Shown here: one piece after another, positions 38,382 through 46,149 of the stretch
How positions within the stretch are numbered: position 1 is the stretch's first letter
Layout of the letters: each line of letters opens with the position of its first letter
From: Candidatus Aenigmatarchaeota archaeon
Lineage (GTDB): Archaea; Aenigmatarchaeota; Aenigmatarchaeia; JACPZZ01
DNA: 64,000 nucleotides
Assembly (NCBI GenBank): GCA_016202815.1
Contig: JACQNZ010000008.1
Coordinates: forward strand, 97,932 to 161,931
Direction: 5' to 3'
Notes under the pieces: model-generated
Told to the model about the DNA's origin: nothing
Database searches by the model: none
What the model saw: only the letters and a program-made list of their open reading frames with translations
Translations under genes and position numbers: made by a program

Positions 38382-39209
38382 ATGTCGAAGGATGATATGG
38401 AAGAATTGACCGGGGAGCCGTTGATGGAAGGCGTTTTAATCGGAAGTGGCCTGCAAAGCGCGACAGGCGACTATTTCGGCATCGGTTTGTCCAACCGCCA
38501 CGGCCTTACATCCGAACTGCCGTTTGATGTGATGGTGCTGGTCTTGGGGGCGGAGTTTGTGAGGCGCAGGCTGCAAATGGAAACCGTCACTACTCTAATC
38601 GCAGACGAGCACGCAAAAACAAACGGTTTTTCCAGGTCCGATATAGATGCGATAGCCAAAACAAGGAGGGAATTCCTGTCCCGTTCGCTGGACAGGCTGG
38701 GTTTCGAAAACTGGGACATATGCCTTGCGTCGGAAATTGCGCAGGACCCGTACCACAAGGAGCTCCTTTCCGTTCCCATCATGGCAAACAGCTACGAAAG
38801 GATGCAGCTGGCGGACATGGAACTGTTCCGGTCAAAGGGAAAGTCTGTAAAGATCGGCTGGAAACATGACGGCATGGAATTCGACGAGAGGCATTTCGAT
38901 GAAATGTATAAATCCTCGTTCGGAAACGGAACCACGTTCGTTTACACGCCGGCAGGCCGTTCTTTGGACGGAACGCCGCTGCCCCCGTATTTGCACGTTC
39001 CGAACAAACCAAGATTAATAATGTCAAAAACGGAAAATATCCACGAAAAAGTCGGTTTGATGCCGAAGCGCGTAAGAGCGCATTTCAACCGCGTCGCGGA
39101 TTTGTTTGAGAATTTGGTGTATGGACCAACCCAGAACAAGCAAAACGTCAACAGCACGGAATATTTAGAAAAACGGTTAAGGGAGATTTACAGCGTCGTC
39201 TTTGGGTAG
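38382..39209 (+). CDS. Class Ic aminoacyl-tRNA synthetase (TyrRS/TrpRS)-like catalytic-domain paralogue lacking HIGH and KMSKS
   Basis: YFGIG, LIADEHAKTN, LASEI, YERMQLADM, KIGW..DE and RSLDG are colinear with TyrRS YIGFEP, LLADLHAYLN, YGSEF, YPIMQVNDI, VGG.EQ and TGLDG. Confidence 0.6.
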   Translation: MSKDDMEELTGEPLMEGVLIGSGLQSATGDYFGIGLSNRHGLTSELPFDVMVLVLGAEFVRRRLQMETVTTLIADEHAKTNGFSRSDIDAIAKTRREFLSRSLDRLGFENWDICLASEIAQDPYHKELLSVPIMANSYERMQLADMELFRSKGKSVKIGWKHDGMEFDERHFDEMYKSSFGNGTTFVYTPAGRSLDGTPLPPYLHVPNKPRLIMSKTENIHEKVGLMPKRVRAHFNRVADLFENLVYGPTQNKQNVNSTEYLEKRLREIYSVVFG

Positions 39210-39279
39210 GGCATAAACATTTATGCAGCAAAATTGTGTTTACAGTCTCTCTATATCTATCCGCTTGCAATAATCATTT

Positions 39280-40191
39280 ATGGAAAAATCGGCTTTCACG
39301 CTGATTTCGGCGTTAGCGATATTCTCATTGTTAACCAGTTACACCGGGGCGTTGGAAACATGCCGGTCCGGCAATCTCACGACCTCTGTCCACAAGGATT
39401 ATCAAATGGCGTACCCCAACGAGGACTTCATACAGCTCGATGACAAAGACCTTCTCAAAGACCTTTCCCAGTTAAAGGGCTTGGCATGCCTGCAATACAT
39501 AGACATGACCGGGTGGGGCGTCAAAGGGGACGTCGTGAATTTAAACGCGCTGACTAACCTTGAAGTGCTCAGCCTGTACGAAAACCCGGAAGTTTACGGG
39601 AACATCTGCTCATTAAGCGGCGCAACAAAGTTAAGGAGCTTGAAATTCGCCTTCGATCCGGAAGTGTTCGGAGACATTTCATGCCTCAAGGACCTCAATC
39701 CGGAAACCTTTGCCGCGACCAATACGAAAATTTCCGGAGACCTCTCGGGTTTAAGCGGCATGACGAATTTGAAAGCGCTTTACATTTCCGGTACGGGCAT
39801 CACCGGCGACATCTCCGCTCTCAGCGGCTTAACGAATCTAGAAGAGCTGGGAATATCCGACGAGTATCCGGGAAACTCCCGCATCACAGGCGACTTGGCG
39901 TCGCTAGCTAATCTAACGAAGCTGAGGAAAGCCTCGCTGTATAAGATGAAAGCAACCAATTGCAGGCAGTTCACAGCAGCGCACCCGAATATCCAGGGAG
40001 GCTGCTCCGAGTCGAAGGATCCCGGCAAACCTATCGCAAAAGAACCGCCAGCCGAAACCACAACAACACGCGCAGTGGTTGTAAACAGGGAAATACAGCA
40101 ATCAGAGAACGCATCAGGCTACTACACAGTTGGGATCTTTGCAGCCGTCGTAATCGGCGCGGTTATTATGCGCAAAGGGCTGCGGAAATGA
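39280..40191 (+). CDS. Exported leucine-rich-repeat protein with C-terminal TM anchor
   Basis: Signal peptide; repeats of ITGDISALSGLTNLEEL; C-terminal TM plus basic tail. Confidence 0.88.
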   Translation: MEKSAFTLISALAIFSLLTSYTGALETCRSGNLTTSVHKDYQMAYPNEDFIQLDDKDLLKDLSQLKGLACLQYIDMTGWGVKGDVVNLNALTNLEVLSLYENPEVYGNICSLSGATKLRSLKFAFDPEVFGDISCLKDLNPETFAATNTKISGDLSGLSGMTNLKALYISGTGITGDISALSGLTNLEELGISDEYPGNSRITGDLASLANLTKLRKASLYKMKATNCRQFTAAHPNIQGGCSESKDPGKPIAKEPPAETTTTRAVVVNREIQQSENASGYYTVGIFAAVVIGAVIMRKGLRK

Positions 40192-40303
40192 TTTTTTCAG
40201 TGGGGAGACCGTGATTTGAACACGGATTGCCGCCGGTTGGCCATACGGGATATTCAGGCCAGCCGTAGATGGTTATATAAACCTAAGTTAATACATATTA
40301 ACT

Positions 40304-40852
40304 ATGGTTTATACATCTAAACTAAGGTTAACATCGTTGCAGAAGGAAATAATGCACTTCTTTTTCGTGAACGCAGGCAAAGCGTTTAACGCGCGGGAGT
40401 TGGCTATGTCGGTTGGGGTCAGCCAGCCGGCAATTGCTAAAGCGATTCCGCTACTGGAAAGCAGGGATTTTATCAGTGTATCGAAGGACAAGAAATCCAG
40501 GAGGCTGTCAATCGAATTGAACAGGGAAAACCCTCTTGTCATTGGTTTGAAAAGGGCCGATAATATAGGGCAACTGTACGAGTCCGGTTTAACAGAATTT
40601 CTAAGGGGAAAATTCCCGGGTTGCGCCGTTATCGTATTTGGCAGCTTCGCCAAGGGCGAGGATACGCATAAATCGGATATCGATATAGCCGTTGTTGGAG
40701 TGAAAGGCAAAACTGTTGATCTTAACGGCTTCGAAAAGACATTCATGAAAGAAATAAGGATAAATTTCTACAAGTCATTTAAGGAGATAAACAGGGAATT
40801 GAAAGGCAATATCCTCGGGGGAATCCTTCTGTCAGGATGGGTCGAATTATGA
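40304..40852 (+). CDS. HTH plus minimal nucleotidyltransferase (MNT antitoxin-like)
   Basis: ARELAMSVGVSQPAI HTH; FGSFAKGED..SDIDIAV. Confidence 0.9.
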   Translation: MVYTSKLRLTSLQKEIMHFFFVNAGKAFNARELAMSVGVSQPAIAKAIPLLESRDFISVSKDKKSRRLSIELNRENPLVIGLKRADNIGQLYESGLTEFLRGKFPGCAVIVFGSFAKGEDTHKSDIDIAVVGVKGKTVDLNGFEKTFMKEIRINFYKSFKEINRELKGNILGGILLSGWVEL

Positions 40853-40890
40853 AACCTCTTAAAACGTTTGAATGGTATTTGGTATACTAA
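40849..40890 (+). pseudogene. Possible truncated start of the MNT partner (HEPN) gene
   Basis: ATGA overlap with the MNT stop; reads MKPLKTFEWYLVY then stops, in the position HEPN normally occupies. Confidence 0.4.
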
Positions 40891-40935
40891 TCAACAATTA
40901 GTATGTTTATATATTAGTGCTAACTAACAGTTAGT

Positions 40936-42198
40936 ATGATAGTTAAGGAAACCCTTAGGCAGATAGTAACCCAACAGAAACATGAAAATGACCGTGTTGA
41001 AGAGACCGTGAAAAGGAACGTGTTGGACGAAATACTAAAATGGTTCAACGATAACAGGATAATAATTCTAACCGGACTGAGGAGGAGTGGAAAATCTACC
41101 CTCTTAAAACAGATAATGAGAGAAAAGAAGGGCTGGTGTTATGTCAACTTCGAAGATGAAAGGTTCATAGAATTTAGGTCGCAAGATTTTGAGCTATTGA
41201 ACGAGGTTCTTGTCGAAATCTATGGAAACTCGAACATATACTTCTTCGACGAAATACAGAATATTGACAAGTTCGAAACGTTCGTGAGAAGACTACAGGA
41301 TCAGGGAAAGAAGATCGTCATAACAGGCTCCAACGCATCCCTTTTGAGCAAAGAGCTCGGTACAAGACTCACGGGGAGGTACAAATCCTTCGAAGTATAC
41401 CCATTTTCCTTTTCTGAATACCTAATGTTTAGGAATATCTCTCCGTCTAAAGACTGGCCATATCTGACCGGAAAAAAAGTGATATTGTTAAAAGCATTTG
41501 AGAAATATATGATTGAAGGCGGTTTGCCGGAATATCTGAAAAATAAGGACAAGGAATACGTAAGAACCGTTTATGAGAACATTCTTTACCGCGACATTAT
41601 CGCAAGGTATTCGATAAAGATGCAGAAGGTTATTAAGGAACTGTTTAATATATTCGCAACAAACATATCTTCGCAGTTTACCTACAACTCATTGAAGAAA
41701 ACTCTGGGATTATCTAATTCTATAACAGTCAAAGAGTATGCCTCGTACCTAAGCAACTCTTACCTGTTTTTCGAGCTGCAAAGGTTCGATTTTTCCGTGA
41801 GAAGGCAGTTGAATTTTCCAAAAAAGATATATGTTGTGGATCCGGCATTCAGCCTGCTCGGCGGGTTCAATTTCTCCGCTAACAGGGGTCGTCTGTTGGA
41901 AAATTTGGTCTTTATAGAGTTGAAGAGGCGAAAAATGGAATCGTATTATTATTCGGATAAAAACGAGTGTGACTTTGTATTGAAGAGCGGTTCCAAAATT
42001 AACGCAGCGATTCAGGTATGCTACTCTTTGGATAAGGGCAACCGTGAAAGGGAGATTGGCGGGTTGGTTGGTGCAATGGAGAAATTCAAGCTAAGAAAAG
42101 GCGTCATATTGACGATGGAGCAGGAGGAAGAGATTCCGGTGAAAGGCGGAAAAATAAGGGTTGTGCCTGTTTTCAAGTGGCTATTGGGATTCGATTGA
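40936..42198 (+). CDS. AAA+ ATPase with DUF4143 C-terminus
   Basis: GLRRSGKST, FFDEIQ, ITGSNA, LTGR, GGLPE, KIYVVDP, ENLV, ECDF..IQV. Confidence 0.92.
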   Translation: MIVKETLRQIVTQQKHENDRVEETVKRNVLDEILKWFNDNRIIILTGLRRSGKSTLLKQIMREKKGWCYVNFEDERFIEFRSQDFELLNEVLVEIYGNSNIYFFDEIQNIDKFETFVRRLQDQGKKIVITGSNASLLSKELGTRLTGRYKSFEVYPFSFSEYLMFRNISPSKDWPYLTGKKVILLKAFEKYMIEGGLPEYLKNKDKEYVRTVYENILYRDIIARYSIKMQKVIKELFNIFATNISSQFTYNSLKKTLGLSNSITVKEYASYLSNSYLFFELQRFDFSVRRQLNFPKKIYVVDPAFSLLGGFNFSANRGRLLENLVFIELKRRKMESYYYSDKNECDFVLKSGSKINAAIQVCYSLDKGNREREIGGLVGAMEKFKLRKGVILTMEQEEEIPVKGGKIRVVPVFKWLLGFD

Positions 42199-42268
42199 AA
42201 ATCAAAGAGACTATACCCATTGCTCAAAGGGTGAGTTCCAACACCCGGCTGGCCCAATTTTGTTTCAG

Positions 42269-42393
42269 TGGGAGGACCGTGATTTGAACACGGGTTATAG
42301 CCAGTTTGTTTTGAGTGACTGACACATACTATAAGTATGTGTCTAGCTCAACACCCCAAGGCTATGTCTTAGACCAAGCTAGACCATCCTCCC
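42269..42393 (-). tRNA. tRNA-Pro(GGG) with ~50-nt anticodon-loop intron (~42304-42353)
   Basis: GGGAGGA/TCCTCCC acceptor; TAGCC-TTGGGG[intron]T-GGCTA; CCGTG TTCAAAT CACGG T-arm; intron hairpin GACACATACT/AGTATGTGTC. Confidence 0.88.
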
Positions 42394-42507
42394 GGCAAAC
42401 ATATTGGACACTTTTGACTTAAAAAGTGGTTTATACGGTTCTTATCGGAACACCATAGGGCAGTTATTATATAATCGATAATTGTCATTTAATTTTATAA
42501 TTTTTAC

Positions 42508-43341
42508 TTGGTGAATCGTTTGGACATATTTAACACAACTGCGAATCAAGCAAGAAAACTTTTACTAAGCCTTTTAATGACAGACGGTTCAGTATCGTAC
42601 ATCAAGAAAAGGAAACACTATCTGATCAGAATATACGGATATGATAAAAGTATACATGACCTGTTCACATTACTAGTCAAAAAAGGTTTTGGAATAGAAA
42701 AACCCACATGGTATTTCGCTTCTTATGGTAACACGGTAAATGCAACGTGTTATCAACGATGGGCTAAAACTGAAATAGTTAAAACACTTTTTCAATTGTC
42801 GCCTTCTTTCAGGAAGAAGCCCGATAAGAATGAGAGCGCCGAAGACTTTTTAGCATCTTCAAAACCTACGATAAAGTCGATAATGGGCTGTTCCAGACAA
42901 GTCAGGGAATTGTTTTTCAGAATAGCCATGAGTTGTGATGGTTACATAACACTTCTATACGGCAGGAAGCCCCGCCTAGGTATGGCTTGCGCCCATCCAC
43001 AATTAGTAAATGAATGGCTTGAGTTAGCAAGGTCGATAGGCTTGGAATTCAAAATAGAGAAGGATAGAGCCACTTGGAGCGGTATTCACGGCCTTGAAAC
43101 TGTATCCATGGATACTATAGTTAAATTCCACGAAATGGGAGGATTCTTCCCGGAAGACGTTGAAGTGTGTAGAAGCAAGAGATACAAAGGTTATAAAAAG
43201 AATGATATACTTCTAAAGGGTATAGAAATCCATAACAGCTGTATCAGCTCCCATCGTCCAGCCCGGTCAATCGAAAGAACTGATAGGACGTTGGCTTCTC
43301 AGGCCGAAGACACGGGTTCAAATCCCGTTGGGAGCATTTAA
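42508..43341 (+). CDS. Free-standing LAGLIDADG homing-endonuclease-like protein
   Basis: LLSLLMTDGS and FRIAMSCDGY motifs; AT-rich; the frame runs through tRNA-Glu before stopping. Confidence 0.75.
   Translation: MVNRLDIFNTTANQARKLLLSLLMTDGSVSYIKKRKHYLIRIYGYDKSIHDLFTLLVKKGFGIEKPTWYFASYGNTVNATCYQRWAKTEIVKTLFQLSPSFRKKPDKNESAEDFLASSKPTIKSIMGCSRQVRELFFRIAMSCDGYITLLYGRKPRLGMACAHPQLVNEWLELARSIGLEFKIEKDRATWSGIHGLETVSMDTIVKFHEMGGFFPEDVEVCRSKRYKGYKKNDILLKGIEIHNSCISSHRPARSIERTDRTLASQAEDTGSNPVGSI
43247..43336 (+). tRNA. tRNA-Glu(CTC) with 15-nt D-loop intron (43270-43284)
   Basis: GCTCCCA/TGGGAGC acceptor; TTGGC-TTCTCAG-GCCGA; GGTTCAAATCC; strict BHB CGGT-CAA-TC(GAAA)GA-ACTG-ATA. Confidence 0.92.
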
Positions 43342-43389
43342 TTTTTTCTAAAAAGCTCACCAGCGCAACGCATCGACTGGATTTAGCCT

Positions 43390-43528
43390 TGCAGCCGGAC
43401 GGGCCGGTTATGCTCACAAATTCTCCTTTGCGGATTTTTATATTCACGCCTTTCGGCACGGGCACGTCAAGCTTTCCAAGGCAGTACGTCTTGAATACGT
43501 TTTGAAGTTCAAGTATGGTTTTTTGCAT
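43390..43528 (-). pseudogene. N-terminal remnant of a LolD/MacB-type ABC ATPase
   Basis: MQKTILELQNVFKTY.LG...GVNIKIRKGEFVSITGPSGC; similarity is lost within Walker A. Confidence 0.7.
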
Positions 43529-43617
43529 TCCCAACACGCGGCCGGTTAATACTATGATATTGTATTTACATAAAATACGGCGACAAACCGTGAAAAGGTT
43601 TAATCGTTGCTTACATA

Positions 43618-44127
43618 TCAAATCGGTTCAAACTTTGTATAGCCGGCTATTTCCCTGTCCAATTCTGCAAGTTCTTCGGATTTAGGAATGAAAGCCCCTG
43701 GATTTTTGGTTGCAATTGCCTTCATCTCCTGTAAAAAATATCTGTTGACAAGTGCGTCAACCAGAGGTTGTACTTCCTCAACTGTGGCTTCTCCGTTCAG
43801 GTAACCGACCGTTTTTTCCAGACGGATTTTTTTGGGACGCCTGAACTTTGTCTTAGCTTTGTAATTAAGGTTGTCACCTTTGCGCCGGATTTCGCTGTAC
43901 GGGTCTGAAATTTTTACATCCGCACTTACCCCGACAGTGACGTGGCATATTATTTCCATTCTACCGTCATGTCTGACAAAGCGTGCGCCCCCGTCAACAT
44001 AACCTATAGCAAGCGGCGCAAAGCCCAATTCAGGCTTTATATGAGGAGCACCAAGTCCATCGAGCCCCTCCCGTAAAGTTTCATATACTTTTTCTTTTTC
44101 CGCTCTTCCAAACCAAGGAAAACCCAT
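43618..44127 (-). CDS. Hypothetical protein
   Basis: 169-aa ORF; no family recognised. Confidence 0.65.
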   Translation of the reverse strand: MGFPWFGRAEKEKVYETLREGLDGLGAPHIKPELGFAPLAIGYVDGGARFVRHDGRMEIICHVTVGVSADVKISDPYSEIRRKGDNLNYKAKTKFRRPKKIRLEKTVGYLNGEATVEEVQPLVDALVNRYFLQEMKAIATKNPGAFIPKSEELAELDREIAGYTKFEPI

Positions 44128-44211
44128 TCCAATCTGGTATGAATTGCTACCGAAAACATAAATATCTTGTTTCGCGGCGACTTAATATTGACGTTTGATT
44201 ATCACATTAAA

Positions 44212-44790
44212 ATGGTTGATGCGATCAAAAAACTCTTCGGCTACGAAAGCACGGATCCTTACGTATATCTGGTCTCTACAAAATCCGGAGATAAAATAAA
44301 CGGCCAGATTGCCGTCGACGTAATCGGCTTCACGTTCCTGGAAAAATGGCCGCGCGTTGCGATTTTCATAGGCAAGGACAAATTCACGCACGATTTGATA
44401 ATGGAAAGCGGCGTTTTCGCATTGAATCTGCTGTCAATAAAACAGATGGAACTGGTAAGAACGTTTGGAATGCGGTCAGGAAAGAATGTAAACAAATTTG
44501 AAAATGTCGGGCATTTCACTGCAAAAACCGGCAGCCCGATAATAAAAAATTGCGTCGGCTATGCGGATTTCAAAGTGATGGAAAAACTTGATTTGGGCGA
44601 CCACACCATGTTTTACGGGCTTGCGGTGGATAGCCGGTTGATGGCAGGCGAACTTCCTCTAAGAATTTCATACTTCAAAAAGAACGCGCCCAAGGAATGG
44701 CTGGCGGAGCTTGAAAAAACGACCAGGGAAAGCCGGAAAAAATCGGAAAAGTTTTTTGCGGAATATGCGGAAATAAAGGGGCTGGTGTGA
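44212..44790 (+). CDS. Flavin reductase-like (DIM6/NTAB family) protein
   Basis: THDLIMESGVFALNLL, FGMRSGKNVNKF, TGSPII, GDHTMFYG. Confidence 0.9.
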   Translation: MVDAIKKLFGYESTDPYVYLVSTKSGDKINGQIAVDVIGFTFLEKWPRVAIFIGKDKFTHDLIMESGVFALNLLSIKQMELVRTFGMRSGKNVNKFENVGHFTAKTGSPIIKNCVGYADFKVMEKLDLGDHTMFYGLAVDSRLMAGELPLRISYFKKNAPKEWLAELEKTTRESRKKSEKFFAEYAEIKGLV

Positions 44791-44867
44791 GCGCGCCTTG
44801 CGGGAAAACAGCCGGCCTGCATCGTCGGCCGTGAAAAAAGTTTACAGGAAAAATACGCCCTGGAAAT

Positions 44868-45347
44868 TCACTGCCTGAACAGTTCGTCCATGCTCTCCTG
44901 CATCGTCGGCCCCTTTTTGGTCTGCGTTTCGTATGCCTGGGGCGGGAATTGGCGCTTCATTTCCTCAACTTCACCAAAAAGTTTTTTCAATTCACGGGCC
45001 CACAATGAAATATACTCCTTATGCACGGGTTTCATGTCAGCCGTCTTAACGTTTCCGTTTTCAAGTTCTTCTATGTCCCTCATCACCTGGGTAGGGTTTA
45101 CTTCGGTGTAATTCACGCCATACGTTTTCCCGAATTCGTATGATATCAAACTGACCGAAAGCTCAACCAGCAGCCGCATCGGCAGCGGTTTGAACCGTTC
45201 TTCCAATTTTAGCGCGCTTATTTCATCATCGCTCAAAAAAAGCTGGCTTTGCAGATAACTTCGTGTGAAGCTCATGCGCCCCTTATAGCCTTTTGACTCC
45301 CCGATCCTTGCGTTGTATGCGCTAAGGTTGGACCCGTTTTGCATCAT
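44868..45347 (-). CDS. Hypothetical protein
   Basis: 159-aa ORF (start may be later); no family recognised. Confidence 0.6.
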   Translation of the reverse strand: MMQNGSNLSAYNARIGESKGYKGRMSFTRSYLQSQLFLSDDEISALKLEERFKPLPMRLLVELSVSLISYEFGKTYGVNYTEVNPTQVMRDIEELENGNVKTADMKPVHKEYISLWARELKKLFGEVEEMKRQFPPQAYETQTKKGPTMQESMDELFRQ

Positions 45348-45388
45348 GAATCAGCTAGAGCGCCAACCTTTAAATCTTGATCAGGGGT

Positions 45389-45538
45389 TCATTTGGCCTT
45401 CGAATTGTATGCCGACAGCAATATCAAAACCACGAACGCCACTATGAACGATACTTCGGCGTCCCACACAGCCGACGCCAACACTATCAAAGACGCCGCA
45501 ATCGCTAGCGTTTCGTTTTTGTGCCCTCCTGGAAGCAT
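45389..45538 (-). CDS. Small hydrophobic membrane protein (49 aa)
   Basis: Manual translation MLPGGHKNETLAIAASLIVLASAVWDAEVSFIVAFVVLILLSAYNSKAK. Confidence 0.5.
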   Translation of the reverse strand: MLPGGHKNETLAIAASLIVLASAVWDAEVSFIVAFVVLILLSAYNSKAK

Positions 45539-45714
45539 GAACTGCGTTACTATCCGCGAAATAAAAGCTTCGTCGAATGGGGCTTGATTCGGAACCGCAC
45601 AGCCGGCAAAGATTTATAACCCAGAATCATATAATGAATAGCGAAAATTTCAGGCTTTGGAGCCCGAAAAGACGCGTTTTATAACAAGTCCAAAAATCGG
45701 GGGTGAATATTGGA

Positions 45715-45879
45715 ATGGCGTTGGTCGTTAGGAGCAAGGTAAAAGATGCAGCAAAGGGCATGAGATGCTCTGGTGATTTCTGTGATGCGCTCGACAAGGT
45801 TGTTGAAATGAAGGTGAAGAAGGCAGCTGAACGCGCAAAAGGCAATGGCCGCTCGACATTGAGGCCGGTTGATCTTTGA
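45715..45879 (+). CDS. Short histone-fold protein (DUF1931/Bd0055-like, 54 aa)
   Basis: MALVVRSKVKDAAKGMRCSGDFCDALDKVVEMKVKKAAERAKGNGRSTLRPVDL; RxTxxxxD motif; SD GGGGTGA upstream and T-tract downstream. Confidence 0.88.
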   Translation: MALVVRSKVKDAAKGMRCSGDFCDALDKVVEMKVKKAAERAKGNGRSTLRPVDL

Positions 45880-45888
45880 TTTATCGGA

Positions 45889-45910
45889 TCTTTTTCTTTT
45901 TTTATTTTTT
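45889..45910 (+). terminator. Oligo-T archaeal terminator after the histone gene
   Basis: CTTTTTCTTTTTTTATTTTTT. Confidence 0.6.
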
Positions 45911-46025
45911 GCCCGGCCAAGGCTTTATAAATTGAAGTGTAAATAGGAAAGTTAGCAGGCTGAACTGATGGCAGTGGCACGCACCAGTTCCCAGTTAGTG
46001 AATTGAAACACATGCATCGGAAAAT

Positions 46026-46149
46026 GAAGCATACCGGAAAGCTTGAAGCATATCGTATTAACTAGAAGCATGCCGATACAGTATACGGCATGCTTCAGTT
46101 GGAACGCGATATGCTTCAGTTAACGGCGGTATGCTTCCAGCTGTCAGGC
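46026..46149. repeat. Nested palindromic array, copy 2: three direct GAAGCATRYCG units followed by three inverted units
   Basis: Units at 46026, 46045 and 46065; inverted units at 46086, 46107 and 46127; each pairs perfectly with its mirror partner. Confidence 0.88.

Larger units (their letters stand above)
40195..42293. mobile_element. tRNA-Pro-anchored islet bounded by 31-bp imperfect direct repeats
   Basis: TTTCAGTGGGGAGACCGTGATTTGAACACGG (40195-40225) versus TTTCAGTGGGAGGACCGTGATTTGAACACGG (42263-42293, tRNA 3' end), 29/31 identical; no integrase inside. Confidence 0.7.

Noticed and set aside
38382-39209. Housekeeping TyrRS or TrpRS
   Set aside because: HIGH and KMSKS are absent, and it sits in an accessory racemase operon.
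42228-42256. GAGTTCCAACACCCGGCTGGCCCA as a further tRNA 3' fragment
   Set aside because: The T-loop and stem are too degenerate to support a call.
46026-46149. CRISPR array interpretation of the repeated GAAGCAT units
   Set aside because: Units are 11 bp with ~9-nt gaps and flip orientation midway; no cas genes are present.
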